Source of the DNA: an uncultured Gammaproteobacteria bacterium
GTDB lineage: Bacteria > Patescibacteriota > Microgenomatia > UBA8517
Reading direction: 5' to 3'
Length of the DNA: 55,933 nt
Assembly: GCA_964494885.1 (NCBI GenBank)
Contig: CAZBTH010000006.1
Coordinates: 1 to 55,933 of the forward strand
Below, in pieces: positions 8,562 to 18,017 of the stretch; within the stretch, counting starts at the first letter, position 1, and each line of letters starts with the position of its first letter. The notes under the pieces were generated by a model. The model was not told the origin of the DNA and ran no database searches. It was given only the letters and a program-made list of their open reading frames with translations. Both the position numbers and the translations under genes were made by a program.

Positions 8562-11500
8562 ATGACAGAACCAGAACCTGGAAATAAGCATGAACTTTTG
8601 TGGCATGAAGGGGCAAACCTCACAGAAGAGGTTGTGACGTTTGCTATTAATTCAAAGGGGCAAGTTCGTGTTGTAAACATCAAAAGGGAAGACTCGGATT
8701 CGGATGTCAATTCAATTCCTGGTGGCTTTGTCGAAAGTGGCGAGGTATGGGGGTCAGGTCACACAGCAAGGAGAGAAGCTGGCGAAGAGACAAAACAAGA
8801 AATAGGTCACAATAAGTTGCAAAGTTTGGGTTCTTGGAAATGTGACGATCCAAGAAATTCAGAAAAAAGATGGATAGAAACGCATGCATTTTTAATAGTT
8901 GAATTTAAGGACGACCTCGAATTAGAAGCCGGCGATGATGCCGATGCCGTGAATTTTCCCCTGCTTGATTCATCTTGTATGGAAGGTAAATTCTACGCAG
9001 ATCACAAAAAAACCGTATTGGAGGCAACAAAAAAACTTCAAGAAATAACCGGTATGACTATTGATGAGGACGGTTTTTTGAAAATGGAAATTCCGGAAGG
9101 GCCGTTTTCCTTCGAGGCAATTGTAGACAAATATGCTGGTAATTGGGAAAATACAGGTCCAAAAACTTTACGAAGAATTTGGGAAAGTTCCGGTGGGGAC
9201 GCGGATAAAGTTGGGCTTGAGATCGCCAAGAGAGAACTTGCTGCAGATGAGCTGGCAAGATCAGAAAAACCGCTTGAAGAATTTTTGGATAATTTTGAAA
9301 AATATTCGAACCTCCTTGATTTTTTAGCAGATGGCACCCAAGGTCCTTTTGGCAGGTTTATCAGGTCCGAACTTTCTCCGCTTGGCCTTTATGTAAGGGC
9401 CACTCCGGACACCTTAACTACACAGGACTATTCTTCGCTTTTTGATAAAGCGGTAATAAGGGTGAGTAAGAATTTAAGTGGAATTGAATTGAATTCAAAA
9501 GAGGAAACCCGTGCCTTCAGGACGGCTGTGCTTTGTTTGGACATTGCCAAGGCGGGAAATGTTGAAGACAGGAAGAGTTGGGAAGGAATAAATACGTATG
9601 TTCACAATGCTGCAAGTGCAGAACTCTTAAGAAGAAACAATGTTTTAAAAGAATTGACGGGGAATGAGCTTTTAGCCGAGTTTTTTATCAAAATGGTTGA
9701 ATACCACGGCTATACTGGCCAAATTTCTCGGGGAGAAGTTACGGAAAGTGTGTTAACAGGGTTAACAGAATGGCTCAAGGAGAATGCTGAAAAGTTGGGG
9801 ATCGACAACCTCCCCACTTTTGCCAGCGAAATTTATTATCAAGTTAATGTTATCGATACCAAATCGGTCCGAGACGGGCTTTTTACAGAAAAACTTGATT
9901 CGGAATTTAAACATCTCAGGGACAAGATGGAGCAGGTTTTGAAAGGCGAAGCGGATTGGTCAAGTGAAAAAATTGAGAATGTTGATAAGAAAAGAGAACT
10001 TCTGGCGGATCGGCTTACAAGACTTAGGGGTGGAAAGGATTATGAGGAAGTTCTGGGTACCTTCTTGGAGCTTGACGATGAAAAAGTCAAACAGATTTTT
10101 GATATTTTAGAACATGCTCAACTTTGGTATGTGGAAAGCGCCACCGCAGGCCTATCTCCGGAAAATCAACTTAAGCTCCTTGTCCTTGCCTCAAAAATAG
10201 CTAAGGAAAAAGGTGTAGATAAATTCGGAAACTTTGATGTTAATTTTGCGGAACTGGTAAATATGCTTAAAACCAAAAAGGTCGAAGACAAAGCCCTTAC
10301 TAAAATTTTGGACACAGCTCTTTACAATTTGAGTTGGGAAAATGTTTTTTCGTCAGAACCGAAATCAGATTCTTCGATAATTTCTATAGCCGGTTTCAGA
10401 ATTCAATTGAGCGGAGAGGGTGGAATCAACGGAATAAAATGCGAACTAAAACCGGAATTTAAAGAGGCGGTTGATTTAATCAATATATATTATTTGGGCG
10501 ATGGGGTTAGAACAAAAGAAGAGTACAAAAAATACCAAAGTGCCTTAAACATTTTAGAAGATGCCGTCGGGATGAAGTTAGACGCATGGGACCGTGGCAT
10601 AGTTGATCAAAAATCTTATGAGGAAGCGATGAATGCCACCGTGGACAGAAAAACGGCCCCTCTTATACCGGAAGTCAAAAGACTTATGAAAGAAAAAGAT
10701 TCCGTAACTGTTGTAGAAATCGCGTCGGGTACCGGAAGAGCAGGATGGATTCTCGCTAACAACATGAGAAGGAGCGATAAAGTTATAGTAACCGATGTTA
10801 GCCGTGTTATGTATGAAGGTTTAAAGAAACTGTCGCGGGTCAACAAAGCCCAGAGATATATTGATCCAGAGGCACAAATTGCCGAGATAATCGCTTTCAA
10901 TTTAGACGCCAGAAATTTGACCCCTGAGAATTTGGGTACTAGTAATATAGATATGATAACTGCTTCTTCTGTTGATCACGAAATTGATAGTTACATAGAT
11001 AAGACATCTGGTCACGGGCAGGCCCTTCGTAGTATTTATAAATCAGCCTTGGGCCTACTGAACGAACCCGGGCAAGTGTTTTGTGACCGTGATTTTATTC
11101 AAGATGACAACCCTCAACAAAAAGTTAATTTTAGAATCGGTACAGAGAATGATGGTGATAAACCCCCGCTTCAATTTTTTAGGGACTTTGTTAAAACATT
11201 TGAATTGTTTACCAAGAGCGAGATGGAAGAAATTGCTAGCTTGCCAGAGGTTGTAAGTGTGGGACAGACGTTATTACTGTCAAAATCTTTAATTTCAGAA
11301 ATATTGAGTCACTATAGTTGGATGAAAGATGGTGGAAGTCTCAAAGAGATGGATGAAAGACATACCAGAGACGATAGGGAAGGACGCAGAAAATTTGTTA
11401 TGGATATTGCCACAGAAATGGGTATAAAGATTGAGGTAAGTTTTGACATGGAGGACCCCGAGTATGCAAAATTTAACATCGGAGAATTTGAAGTTTTAGA

Positions 11501-11567
11501 TGCTGCCGGCAATCCCACAAGATATCCATTTTGGATGGGGACAATGAAAGTTAAGATTATGGGGTAA
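8562..11567 (+). CDS. fusion protein: NUDIX (ADP-ribose pyrophosphatase-like) + HD-like helical domain + class I SAM methyltransferase
   Basis: PGGFVESGE...RREAGEET Nudix box, DDPRN and AGDDA motifs; LDIAK..VHNAASA..HG; VEIASGTG SAM motif, HE and RD motifs. Confidence 0.75.
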   Translation: MTEPEPGNKHELLWHEGANLTEEVVTFAINSKGQVRVVNIKREDSDSDVNSIPGGFVESGEVWGSGHTARREAGEETKQEIGHNKLQSLGSWKCDDPRNSEKRWIETHAFLIVEFKDDLELEAGDDADAVNFPLLDSSCMEGKFYADHKKTVLEATKKLQEITGMTIDEDGFLKMEIPEGPFSFEAIVDKYAGNWENTGPKTLRRIWESSGGDADKVGLEIAKRELAADELARSEKPLEEFLDNFEKYSNLLDFLADGTQGPFGRFIRSELSPLGLYVRATPDTLTTQDYSSLFDKAVIRVSKNLSGIELNSKEETRAFRTAVLCLDIAKAGNVEDRKSWEGINTYVHNAASAELLRRNNVLKELTGNELLAEFFIKMVEYHGYTGQISRGEVTESVLTGLTEWLKENAEKLGIDNLPTFASEIYYQVNVIDTKSVRDGLFTEKLDSEFKHLRDKMEQVLKGEADWSSEKIENVDKKRELLADRLTRLRGGKDYEEVLGTFLELDDEKVKQIFDILEHAQLWYVESATAGLSPENQLKLLVLASKIAKEKGVDKFGNFDVNFAELVNMLKTKKVEDKALTKILDTALYNLSWENVFSSEPKSDSSIISIAGFRIQLSGEGGINGIKCELKPEFKEAVDLINIYYLGDGVRTKEEYKKYQSALNILEDAVGMKLDAWDRGIVDQKSYEEAMNATVDRKTAPLIPEVKRLMKEKDSVTVVEIASGTGRAGWILANNMRRSDKVIVTDVSRVMYEGLKKLSRVNKAQRYIDPEAQIAEIIAFNLDARNLTPENLGTSNIDMITASSVDHEIDSYIDKTSGHGQALRSIYKSALGLLNEPGQVFCDRDFIQDDNPQQKVNFRIGTENDGDKPPLQFFRDFVKTFELFTKSEMEEIASLPEVVSVGQTLLLSKSLISEILSHYSWMKDGGSLKEMDERHTRDDREGRRKFVMDIATEMGIKIEVSFDMEDPEYAKFNIGEFEVLDAAGNPTRYPFWMGTMKVKIMG

Positions 11568-11632
11568 ATTTATTTGAGATGACAGACATCGATGCTAATT
11601 AGGGTGTCGTGCAAATTTGATTTTGCGGCTGG

Positions 11633-11914
11633 CTACATTCTGTTTTTTTGCTGCTCAGAAGAAGATATCTTATTAAGAACTTCTTCGAACTCTTGAAGCT
11701 TGAAATATTGAGGAGATCCATTTTCTACACGATCTGGCTTAATTTTCGAAGGATTTTTGGCCAATCCATCGACGATCAAAGACAGATCTTTCAAAAAAAT
11801 TTGTCTAAAAATCTCTGAACTTGGGTAGAGTTCTGGGTTATCCAACATATTTTGATCAAACGAATGTTTACCGGTAGATATTTGGGACGGATATAAATCT
11901 CTGTTTTCTGACAT
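11633..11914 (-). CDS. hypothetical protein
   Basis: 93-aa ORF with TATAAT just upstream of the ATG. Confidence 0.6.
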   Translation of the reverse strand: MSENRDLYPSQISTGKHSFDQNMLDNPELYPSSEIFRQIFLKDLSLIVDGLAKNPSKIKPDRVENGSPQYFKLQEFEEVLNKISSSEQQKNRM

Positions 11915-11969
11915 TTACCCATTATAACAATTTCTAAACTTACAATTTTGTCGGTTATCTTCTTGAAAG

Positions 11970-12042
11970 TGACCCCATTGGGACTCGAACCCAAGTTACT
12001 AGAATGAGAATCTAGTGTCCTAGACCGCTAGACGATGGGGCC
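11970..12042 (-). tRNA. tRNA-Glu(CTC)
   Basis: GGCCCCA/TGGGGTC acceptor stem, anticodon arm ctaga-ttCTCat-tctag, GTTCGAG T-loop; CCA not encoded. Confidence 0.95.
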
Positions 12043-12415
12043 TCGTCGAAATCAGCTTCACTTTGCGCAAATCGCTTCGCTTTTTGCTCATCGTTTCACT
12101 GTTTCTCCTCTCAAAATTCCAAAGGAATTTTGTAAAGGAACAAGGCTGCACGTGTTATTTTAACAGAAATTGGTGCATTTAACAGAGGAAGAAACCCTAT
12201 AATCTTGACTTTTGGGTGTGTGTCGTGTATACTACTCTTCCATCTGTTAAGAGCCATATATGGTTTGATGCAGATAGAAGTATTGACACGGCTTTATCAG
12301 GGTTATACAATCACCCTCATCAGCCTTAATACAATGGAATTAAGTCCCTCTATTTGTTATTTTAATACCCCTATTATTAAGGGTCATTAACTTTGGAGAG
12401 ATATTAATATCGAGG

Positions 12416-12449
12416 TCCCTCCAAAAAACAAATCAGGAGGGATTTTTTT
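12416..12449 (+). terminator. intrinsic terminator-like hairpin in the greA leader
   Basis: TCCCTCC...GGAGGGA stem followed by T7, 11 nt upstream of the greA ATG. Confidence 0.55.
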
Positions 12450-12460
12450 AGTACTAGAAT

Positions 12461-12925
12461 ATGAATAAAAATCTAAAACTTACAAAACAAGGGCTCGAGA
12501 CTCTGAAGGCAGAGTTTACTGAACTCGTGGAAGTTAAACGTCCCAAGCTTGTAGACAGGCTTTCTAATGCCAGGTCGCAAGGGGATCTCTCTGAAAACTC
12601 TGATTATCAGTCAGCAAAAGAGGAGCTTGAATTCCTTGATGGCAGAATTGACGAACTCGATGAGGTGCTTAAAAATTCCACCGTTGTCGTCACAAACCGA
12701 AAAAGCAATTCCGGTGTCGGTATTGGCACTAAAGTTACTGTTAAAGTTAACGGCAAAGAAATTGTGTTTGATATAGTGGGTGAGTGGGAAGCGGACCCTG
12801 TCAACAAAAAAATTTCTCACGATTCCCCGCTTGGTATGGCGCTTCTTGGTAAAAATGCGGGCGACAAAGCTGAAGTAGAGGCACCGGCCGGAAAAATTCA
12901 GTACGAGATTCTTGCAGTTGAATAA
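12461..12925 (+). CDS. greA: transcription elongation factor GreA
   Basis: GDLSENSDY, EADP, ISHDSPLG, APAG motifs. Confidence 0.97.
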   Translation: MNKNLKLTKQGLETLKAEFTELVEVKRPKLVDRLSNARSQGDLSENSDYQSAKEELEFLDGRIDELDEVLKNSTVVVTNRKSNSGVGIGTKVTVKVNGKEIVFDIVGEWEADPVNKKISHDSPLGMALLGKNAGDKAEVEAPAGKIQYEILAVE

Positions 12926-12955
12926 AAACTGGCTTCAAGCTAAAATTAGCTTCAT

Positions 12956-15280
12956 ATGCACTGGGCAGACAAAGTAGCGCAAGACATTATTGCATCAAAC
13001 AAATATAAACCTTATTGGGTGGATGATATGAAGACCCCATCGGGATTTGCCCATATTGGGTCAATGCTTGGGCCTGTTATCCATAGCGCGGTTTATCGCG
13101 CGCTAAAGGATGCCCAAGTAGACGCAACACTTACATATGTTTTTAATGATTTTGATACAGCAGATGAATTTCCGGCTCAGTTTAAAGAACTTTTAACAGG
13201 TAACGAAGGAAAAGTTCTTAAGATGGTTCCATCTCCCGATTCAAACTACGAAAACTTTGCAGATTACATTGCCGATGATCTCAAAAAATCTATTGAGTAT
13301 TTAGGCTTTGAGGCAAGATATATTTCTTCTTGGGAACTTTACCATCAGGGTAAATTTGATGACGTTATTAAAATGTCGTTGGATAATGCCGAAAAGATTC
13401 AGGATATTTACGAGAGAATCTCGGGCAGCAAAAAGAAGGAATCCGGCTGGTTGCCTTTCCAGGTAATATGTCCGAATTGTGGAAAACTTGGCACAACAAA
13501 AGTTTTTGCATGGGACGGGAAAGAAGTTTCCTATAAATGCGAAGAAAATCTGGTGACCTGGGCCAAGGGATGTGGACATGAGGGGAAAACGTCCCCTTTT
13601 GGTGGAACTGGAAAGTTGCCTTGGAAAGTTGATTGGGCAGCGCACTGGAAAGTTATCGGTGTAACAATTGAGGGGGCCGGCAAAGATCACGCCTCAGCAG
13701 GAGGAAGCTATGATATTGCGATGGCCATTTGTAAGGAAGTTTTTGGATATCCCGAACCCTATAAATTGCCATACGAATTTTTACTTATTGGCGGACACAA
13801 AATGTCATCTTCAAAAGGGGTTGGTCTAAAGGCTCATGATTTGGTTAAAATCCTACCCGCCGCGGTTGCCAGATTTCTGTTTATAAACAATGACATAAAA
13901 TCGCAAGGTAATTTTGACCCAAATGGAACGATGGCGATTCCCGACCTCTTTGATAAATATGATGAAGCTTGGGAGGCGTACGATAAGCAAAGCTTGCCAT
14001 CGAATGGTAAAAATGGTGACGAAAAACTGAGCAGGACTTATGTTTTGTCTCAAATTAGAGAGGTTCCGGCTAAGGAAAAAGGATTTTTTGCCCTAAGGTT
14101 TCGGGACATTGCAAATTATTTGTCACAGGGACTTTCCGAAAAAGAGGTGTTGGAAAAGATGGAAAAAGCAAAAGGTGGGAAGATAGATGAAAGTGAAATC
14201 GAAATTCTTCATGAGAGAATTAAGTACGCAAAAGTTTGGCTGCAAGATTATGCTCCTAACGAATACAGATTCGAAATGACAGAAGAGGTCCCCGAAGCGG
14301 CCAAGAAATTGTCAGAGGAGCAAAAAAAATACCTAAGTGAAGTTGTAAAACTTTTCGATAACGAAGTTACTGCAGAATCTTTGCAAATCGCACTCTACGA
14401 ACTTTCAAAACAGGTTGGGCTTTCTCCTAAAGATGCTTTTTCTGCAATTTATACAGTTTTTATAGATAAAACTCATGGTCCCCGAGCCGGCATGCTTTTG
14501 ACGAATTTTGGAAAAGAGAAAGTTATTCAAAGAATAGCGGATGTTGTGAATGAGCGATTTGTTTCAACAGCCGAAAATACAGTTAATTTATTAGAGATTC
14601 CGAATTATTTTGTTATTGATGATGGAGTTCGCGCAAAATTCCCATCCGTTTCTGTTGGTGTCGCCTTAATCAAAAATGTTGTTGTTTCGAAAAAAGGTAA
14701 AGATTTACAAAACGAGATAGATCAATTTTCGGCTGAGCATCGGGACCTTACAACTGAAGTTCTTGGGCAATATCCGGAAATAGCAAGCTATCGGAAACTT
14801 TATAAAGAAATGGGTGTCGATTGGCACTCAAAACGTCCGGGACCTGAAGAACTCCTAAGAAGAATTGCCTTAAAGAAAGATTTGTACAGCATTAATGATT
14901 GTGTGGATGCCTATAATTTAACAGTGATGAAAAATCATGTTTCTGTTGGCGCGTTCGATGCTGACCAAATTAGTTTTCCGGCAAGGCTTCAATTTGGAAC
15001 CGAAGGGGGTGAAGTTCTGTTGATCGGTAACAAAGAACCAGTTACATTTACCTCTAAGGAATTGGTATATTATGATCAAAAGGGCCCTTATAATCTTGAT
15101 TTTAATTATAGAGATTCTCAAAGAACTATGGTTACAGAAAAAACAAAAAACATATTAATCAATGTCGATGGAATATTTGACGCAACTCCAGAAAAAGTCC
15201 AGAAAACCTTAGATGAGGCAGTAGAAAAAATAATTAAATATTGCGGTGGAACACTGGAGTTCGGTGGTGTTGTAAAATAG
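12956..15280 (+). CDS. lysS: class I lysyl-tRNA synthetase with C-terminal B3/B4 domain
   Basis: MHWAD start, TPSG.AHIG, KLPWKVDWAAHW, GKDH, KMSSSKG; the last ~220 aa carry B3/4 motifs (E.LLRR, IN..VD.YN, GAFD). Confidence 0.93.
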   Translation: MHWADKVAQDIIASNKYKPYWVDDMKTPSGFAHIGSMLGPVIHSAVYRALKDAQVDATLTYVFNDFDTADEFPAQFKELLTGNEGKVLKMVPSPDSNYENFADYIADDLKKSIEYLGFEARYISSWELYHQGKFDDVIKMSLDNAEKIQDIYERISGSKKKESGWLPFQVICPNCGKLGTTKVFAWDGKEVSYKCEENLVTWAKGCGHEGKTSPFGGTGKLPWKVDWAAHWKVIGVTIEGAGKDHASAGGSYDIAMAICKEVFGYPEPYKLPYEFLLIGGHKMSSSKGVGLKAHDLVKILPAAVARFLFINNDIKSQGNFDPNGTMAIPDLFDKYDEAWEAYDKQSLPSNGKNGDEKLSRTYVLSQIREVPAKEKGFFALRFRDIANYLSQGLSEKEVLEKMEKAKGGKIDESEIEILHERIKYAKVWLQDYAPNEYRFEMTEEVPEAAKKLSEEQKKYLSEVVKLFDNEVTAESLQIALYELSKQVGLSPKDAFSAIYTVFIDKTHGPRAGMLLTNFGKEKVIQRIADVVNERFVSTAENTVNLLEIPNYFVIDDGVRAKFPSVSVGVALIKNVVVSKKGKDLQNEIDQFSAEHRDLTTEVLGQYPEIASYRKLYKEMGVDWHSKRPGPEELLRRIALKKDLYSINDCVDAYNLTVMKNHVSVGAFDADQISFPARLQFGTEGGEVLLIGNKEPVTFTSKELVYYDQKGPYNLDFNYRDSQRTMVTEKTKNILINVDGIFDATPEKVQKTLDEAVEKIIKYCGGTLEFGGVVK

Positions 15281-15290
15281 TTGTGAGTAT

Positions 15291-15659
15291 ATGTTCTATG
15301 TTTATGTTTTGAAGAGTCTGAAGGATGGAAAGTTTTATACTGGATCGACAAATAATTTAAAACGTAGATTTCAAGAACACTGCCTCGGTGAAGAAAAGTC
15401 GACTAGATATCGAAGGCCGTTTGAATTAATATACTATGAATCATGTCTAAATAGACGCGATTCTTTAAGGAGAGAGATATATCTAAAGACTAGCTGGGGG
15501 AAAAGATATATCAAGAACAGATTGAAATATTTTATGTTAAGTTCTAAAAAAGAAAATAGCTTGGTATCGGGGGAGAGTCCCAGAGAGATAGCGCAAAGCG
15601 CATCTCACGGGACCCCGTTTGATGCCAAAGGCTATCAAACTGGGGGTGATATTTTATGA
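15291..15659 (+). CDS. GIY-YIG nuclease family protein
   Basis: YVYVLKS..FYTGST.NLKRR..EH, YYE, RREIYLK. Confidence 0.88.
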   Translation: MFYVYVLKSLKDGKFYTGSTNNLKRRFQEHCLGEEKSTRYRRPFELIYYESCLNRRDSLRREIYLKTSWGKRYIKNRLKYFMLSSKKENSLVSGESPREIAQSASHGTPFDAKGYQTGGDIL

Positions 15660-15964
15660 TGAATGAAGACATGAAGTGGATGAAAATGAAGTGGATGCAC
15701 AAAGGAGTTCAGACAGACTTTTTGATGTCTATTTCCTTTTCTGTTTTTGGAATGCTTCTTATTTTTGGACTAGGTTTTGTTTTCCCGACAATTAATCCTT
15801 ATGTAGTAATTAAATGGATTATTATTGTGGCCGGAGTAGTCTTTGCTTTTTCATTTCTTAAATACTTGGTATATATGGGTATGAATATGAGGATGATGAG
15901 AATGATGAAAAAAGAGATGGGTACAATGTCAGAAACAAAGACTAAGAAAGGATCAAAGAAATGA
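15656..15964 (+). CDS. Met-rich small membrane protein
   Basis: Two TM helices flanked by Met-rich tails; ATGA overlaps with both neighbours. Confidence 0.7.
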   Translation: MMNEDMKWMKMKWMHKGVQTDFLMSISFSVFGMLLIFGLGFVFPTINPYVVIKWIIIVAGVVFAFSFLKYLVYMGMNMRMMRMMKKEMGTMSETKTKKGSKK

Positions 15965-16524
15965 TCTCAAAAGAGAAAGCTTTGGAATTACTGCACTCGA
16001 AAATGCAATCTGTTAATTTACGGAAGCATTGTTATTCTGTGGGTGCAGTAATGAAAGCTTTGGCTAAACATTTTAATGAAGATGAAAATCGTTATGAAAT
16101 AGTTGGTCTTCTCCATGATGGCGATTATGAATTTACTAAGGATGACCACGGTAATCATGCCAAGCTCATGGCAAATTGGGTCAGGGAAACAGGAGAAACC
16201 GACGAAGAGCTTCTAACCGGTATTGAATCGCATGGTTGGTTCCATCAGGGTAAAAAGCCGGAGACGAAAATGCAGTGGGCTCTTTTTTGTTGTGATGAAC
16301 TGACAGGTTTAATAATTGCCGTAACTTTAATCCGTCCGGATCGTAAACTCGCAACTGTTACGGTCGATAATGTTCTTTCAAAATGGAATCAAAAAAGTTT
16401 TGCAGCAGGAGTTAAGAGAGAGGATATCGAAAACTGCAAAAAAGAATTGGAAATTCCACTTAAAGATTTTATTGGTATTGCATTAAAAGCGATGCAAGGA
16501 ATTTCAGGAGAATTGGGATTATAA
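15961..16524 (+). CDS. HD/HDIG-domain phosphohydrolase
   Basis: LRKH, GLLHDGDYE, DELTGLI, FAAGVKRE motifs. Confidence 0.88.
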   Translation: MISKEKALELLHSKMQSVNLRKHCYSVGAVMKALAKHFNEDENRYEIVGLLHDGDYEFTKDDHGNHAKLMANWVRETGETDEELLTGIESHGWFHQGKKPETKMQWALFCCDELTGLIIAVTLIRPDRKLATVTVDNVLSKWNQKSFAAGVKREDIENCKKELEIPLKDFIGIALKAMQGISGELGL

Positions 16525-17355
16525 ATGGATAAACTACCGAGTGATCAAATAAGCACTACGAGATATCTTGTAGATGAATTGAAAGTTGATCCCAAAGCAA
16601 CAATTCTCAATTTTGAACCTGGTGTCGACGGGAGAGATGAGTTTGGAAATCGAGTATTTTCTTCACACCTAAGTTATTTAGACAGACAAGACCGAAAAGT
16701 TAAGGCAGCCTTGCTTGTGTCTCGCGAAGGAGAGTTTTTTATACGGGAAAATAAGGGAGTAGTTCGTGACATCGATCTTGGAATAAACTCTTTTGCTAAA
16801 AAGATGATCTCTGACGATTTGGTTTTAGATCAATTGCGCGGTCAAAGTATCGAAATTACACCTGATCGAACGATGACGATGCTTGATTCAGGGGGGCAAT
16901 CTGCGGTATTTATTTTAGACGTGTCTGGCCCCGTTATTGGTAAATATATTATTAAAACTGGTAAATTACTTACGGCTGAATATTCAAAAATGGGACAGCC
17001 ATATATTAATGAAATGTTGCAAGTTCAGACTCTGAATAAAATTTTTGGTGATAAATTTAAAATGGCAGGATTTAGGCTTCCGCAATTTTTGTTTGCTTCC
17101 GGACACGTTTCGTGTAGTTTGTACGAAGGGAATTTTGGAAATATCAATATGGATGACTATAAAAATTTTCGTAAAAACCGAAAATTAAATAGGGAGTTAA
17201 GAAGTTTTATAGCTGCTCGTCACAGAGAGGGAGATTTATTGTGGGATGGTGTGGATTTTGATTTGACCGGAAATAGCAAGTTCCTCCCATTGTCAAACAT
17301 GGTTAGTAAAGGAAATTTGGCTGTGTGGGTGGACCCATTTATATATACTAAATGA
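16525..17355 (+). CDS. hypothetical protein (possible kinase-like fold)
   Basis: 276-aa ORF; SGGQSAVF, IK, N and DP motifs weakly kinase-like. Confidence 0.65.
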   Translation: MDKLPSDQISTTRYLVDELKVDPKATILNFEPGVDGRDEFGNRVFSSHLSYLDRQDRKVKAALLVSREGEFFIRENKGVVRDIDLGINSFAKKMISDDLVLDQLRGQSIEITPDRTMTMLDSGGQSAVFILDVSGPVIGKYIIKTGKLLTAEYSKMGQPYINEMLQVQTLNKIFGDKFKMAGFRLPQFLFASGHVSCSLYEGNFGNINMDDYKNFRKNRKLNRELRSFIAARHREGDLLWDGVDFDLTGNSKFLPLSNMVSKGNLAVWVDPFIYTK

Positions 17356-17381
17356 GTTAAATTGAACCAAGAAACGTGTAT

Positions 17382-17439
17382 TATCCAAATTGCTTTGAGC
17401 ACCATACAGACAATTTCAGGAGAATTGGGACTATAAATG
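17382..17439 (+). repeat. displaced duplicate of the HD gene 3' end
   Basis: 17412..17439 matches 16500..16527 at 27/28 nt; encodes IQIALSTIQTISGELGL* versus IGIALKAMQGISGELGL*. Confidence 0.8.
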
Positions 17440-17453
17440 AAAGGATGTAGTCG

Positions 17454-17996
17454 TCAAATTTGTTTCTCTCTGCCTTTTGTTGAAGCCCTGCCGCCTTGCC
17501 ATTGCCCACGATACGCATGGACCGGTTTTCCTTTTACCTCGTGGAAATAGACGGAAACATATCTTGCTCCCATTTCAATTTTAACGGGGATTGCGCTTTC
17601 GTTAATTACTCCAAAATAGAGCGGTCCGTGATAGCCGGGACTCCCGACTCCGGTCCTGACCATAAGTCCAGATCTAAAGGTTGTTGTACGTGGTTTAAAA
17701 ACTGCTGCAATATTATCCGGCAAATTAACTTCTTCTATTGTTTTAGTTAAATAATATTTTCCCGGTTTAAAAATAAAAGTAGATTTCTTTTTTGGGTCAA
17801 AAGAAGCTTTTTCAACTAAATCAGGAGTTTCTCTTTCATCAATCCCTAAAAAAGCCTTTCCTTTCAGTGAATAAATTTTCTCAATTCTCAAATCTAAGAC
17901 ACATCCTTCAGGATCTTTCATTTCCCTCTCGGCAAGGTTTGTAACAAGGTTAGTTTTTTTTATTAATTTTTTGAGTTCACTATGCCCAAGAATCAT
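17454..17996 (-). CDS. dcd: dCTP deaminase / trimeric dUTPase family
   Basis: DLR, PRTTTFRSG, PGYHG, YRGQWQG motifs. Confidence 0.78.
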   Translation of the reverse strand: MILGHSELKKLIKKTNLVTNLAEREMKDPEGCVLDLRIEKIYSLKGKAFLGIDERETPDLVEKASFDPKKKSTFIFKPGKYYLTKTIEEVNLPDNIAAVFKPRTTTFRSGLMVRTGVGSPGYHGPLYFGVINESAIPVKIEMGARYVSVYFHEVKGKPVHAYRGQWQGGRASTKGREKQI

Positions 17997-18017
17997 TTAA
18001 CGATTATATATCAATTT

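Noticed and set aside
3152-12042. nad island integrated at tRNA-Glu
   Set aside because: The position next to the tRNA 3' end is suggestive, but I found no duplicated tRNA 3' fragment and no integrase
12293-12323. Third hammerhead on the minus strand (CTGATGA followed by a GGGT/ACCC stem)
   Set aside because: The stem is followed by TGATAAA rather than GAAA, and no stems I/III with an NUH site can be formed; it overlaps a promoter
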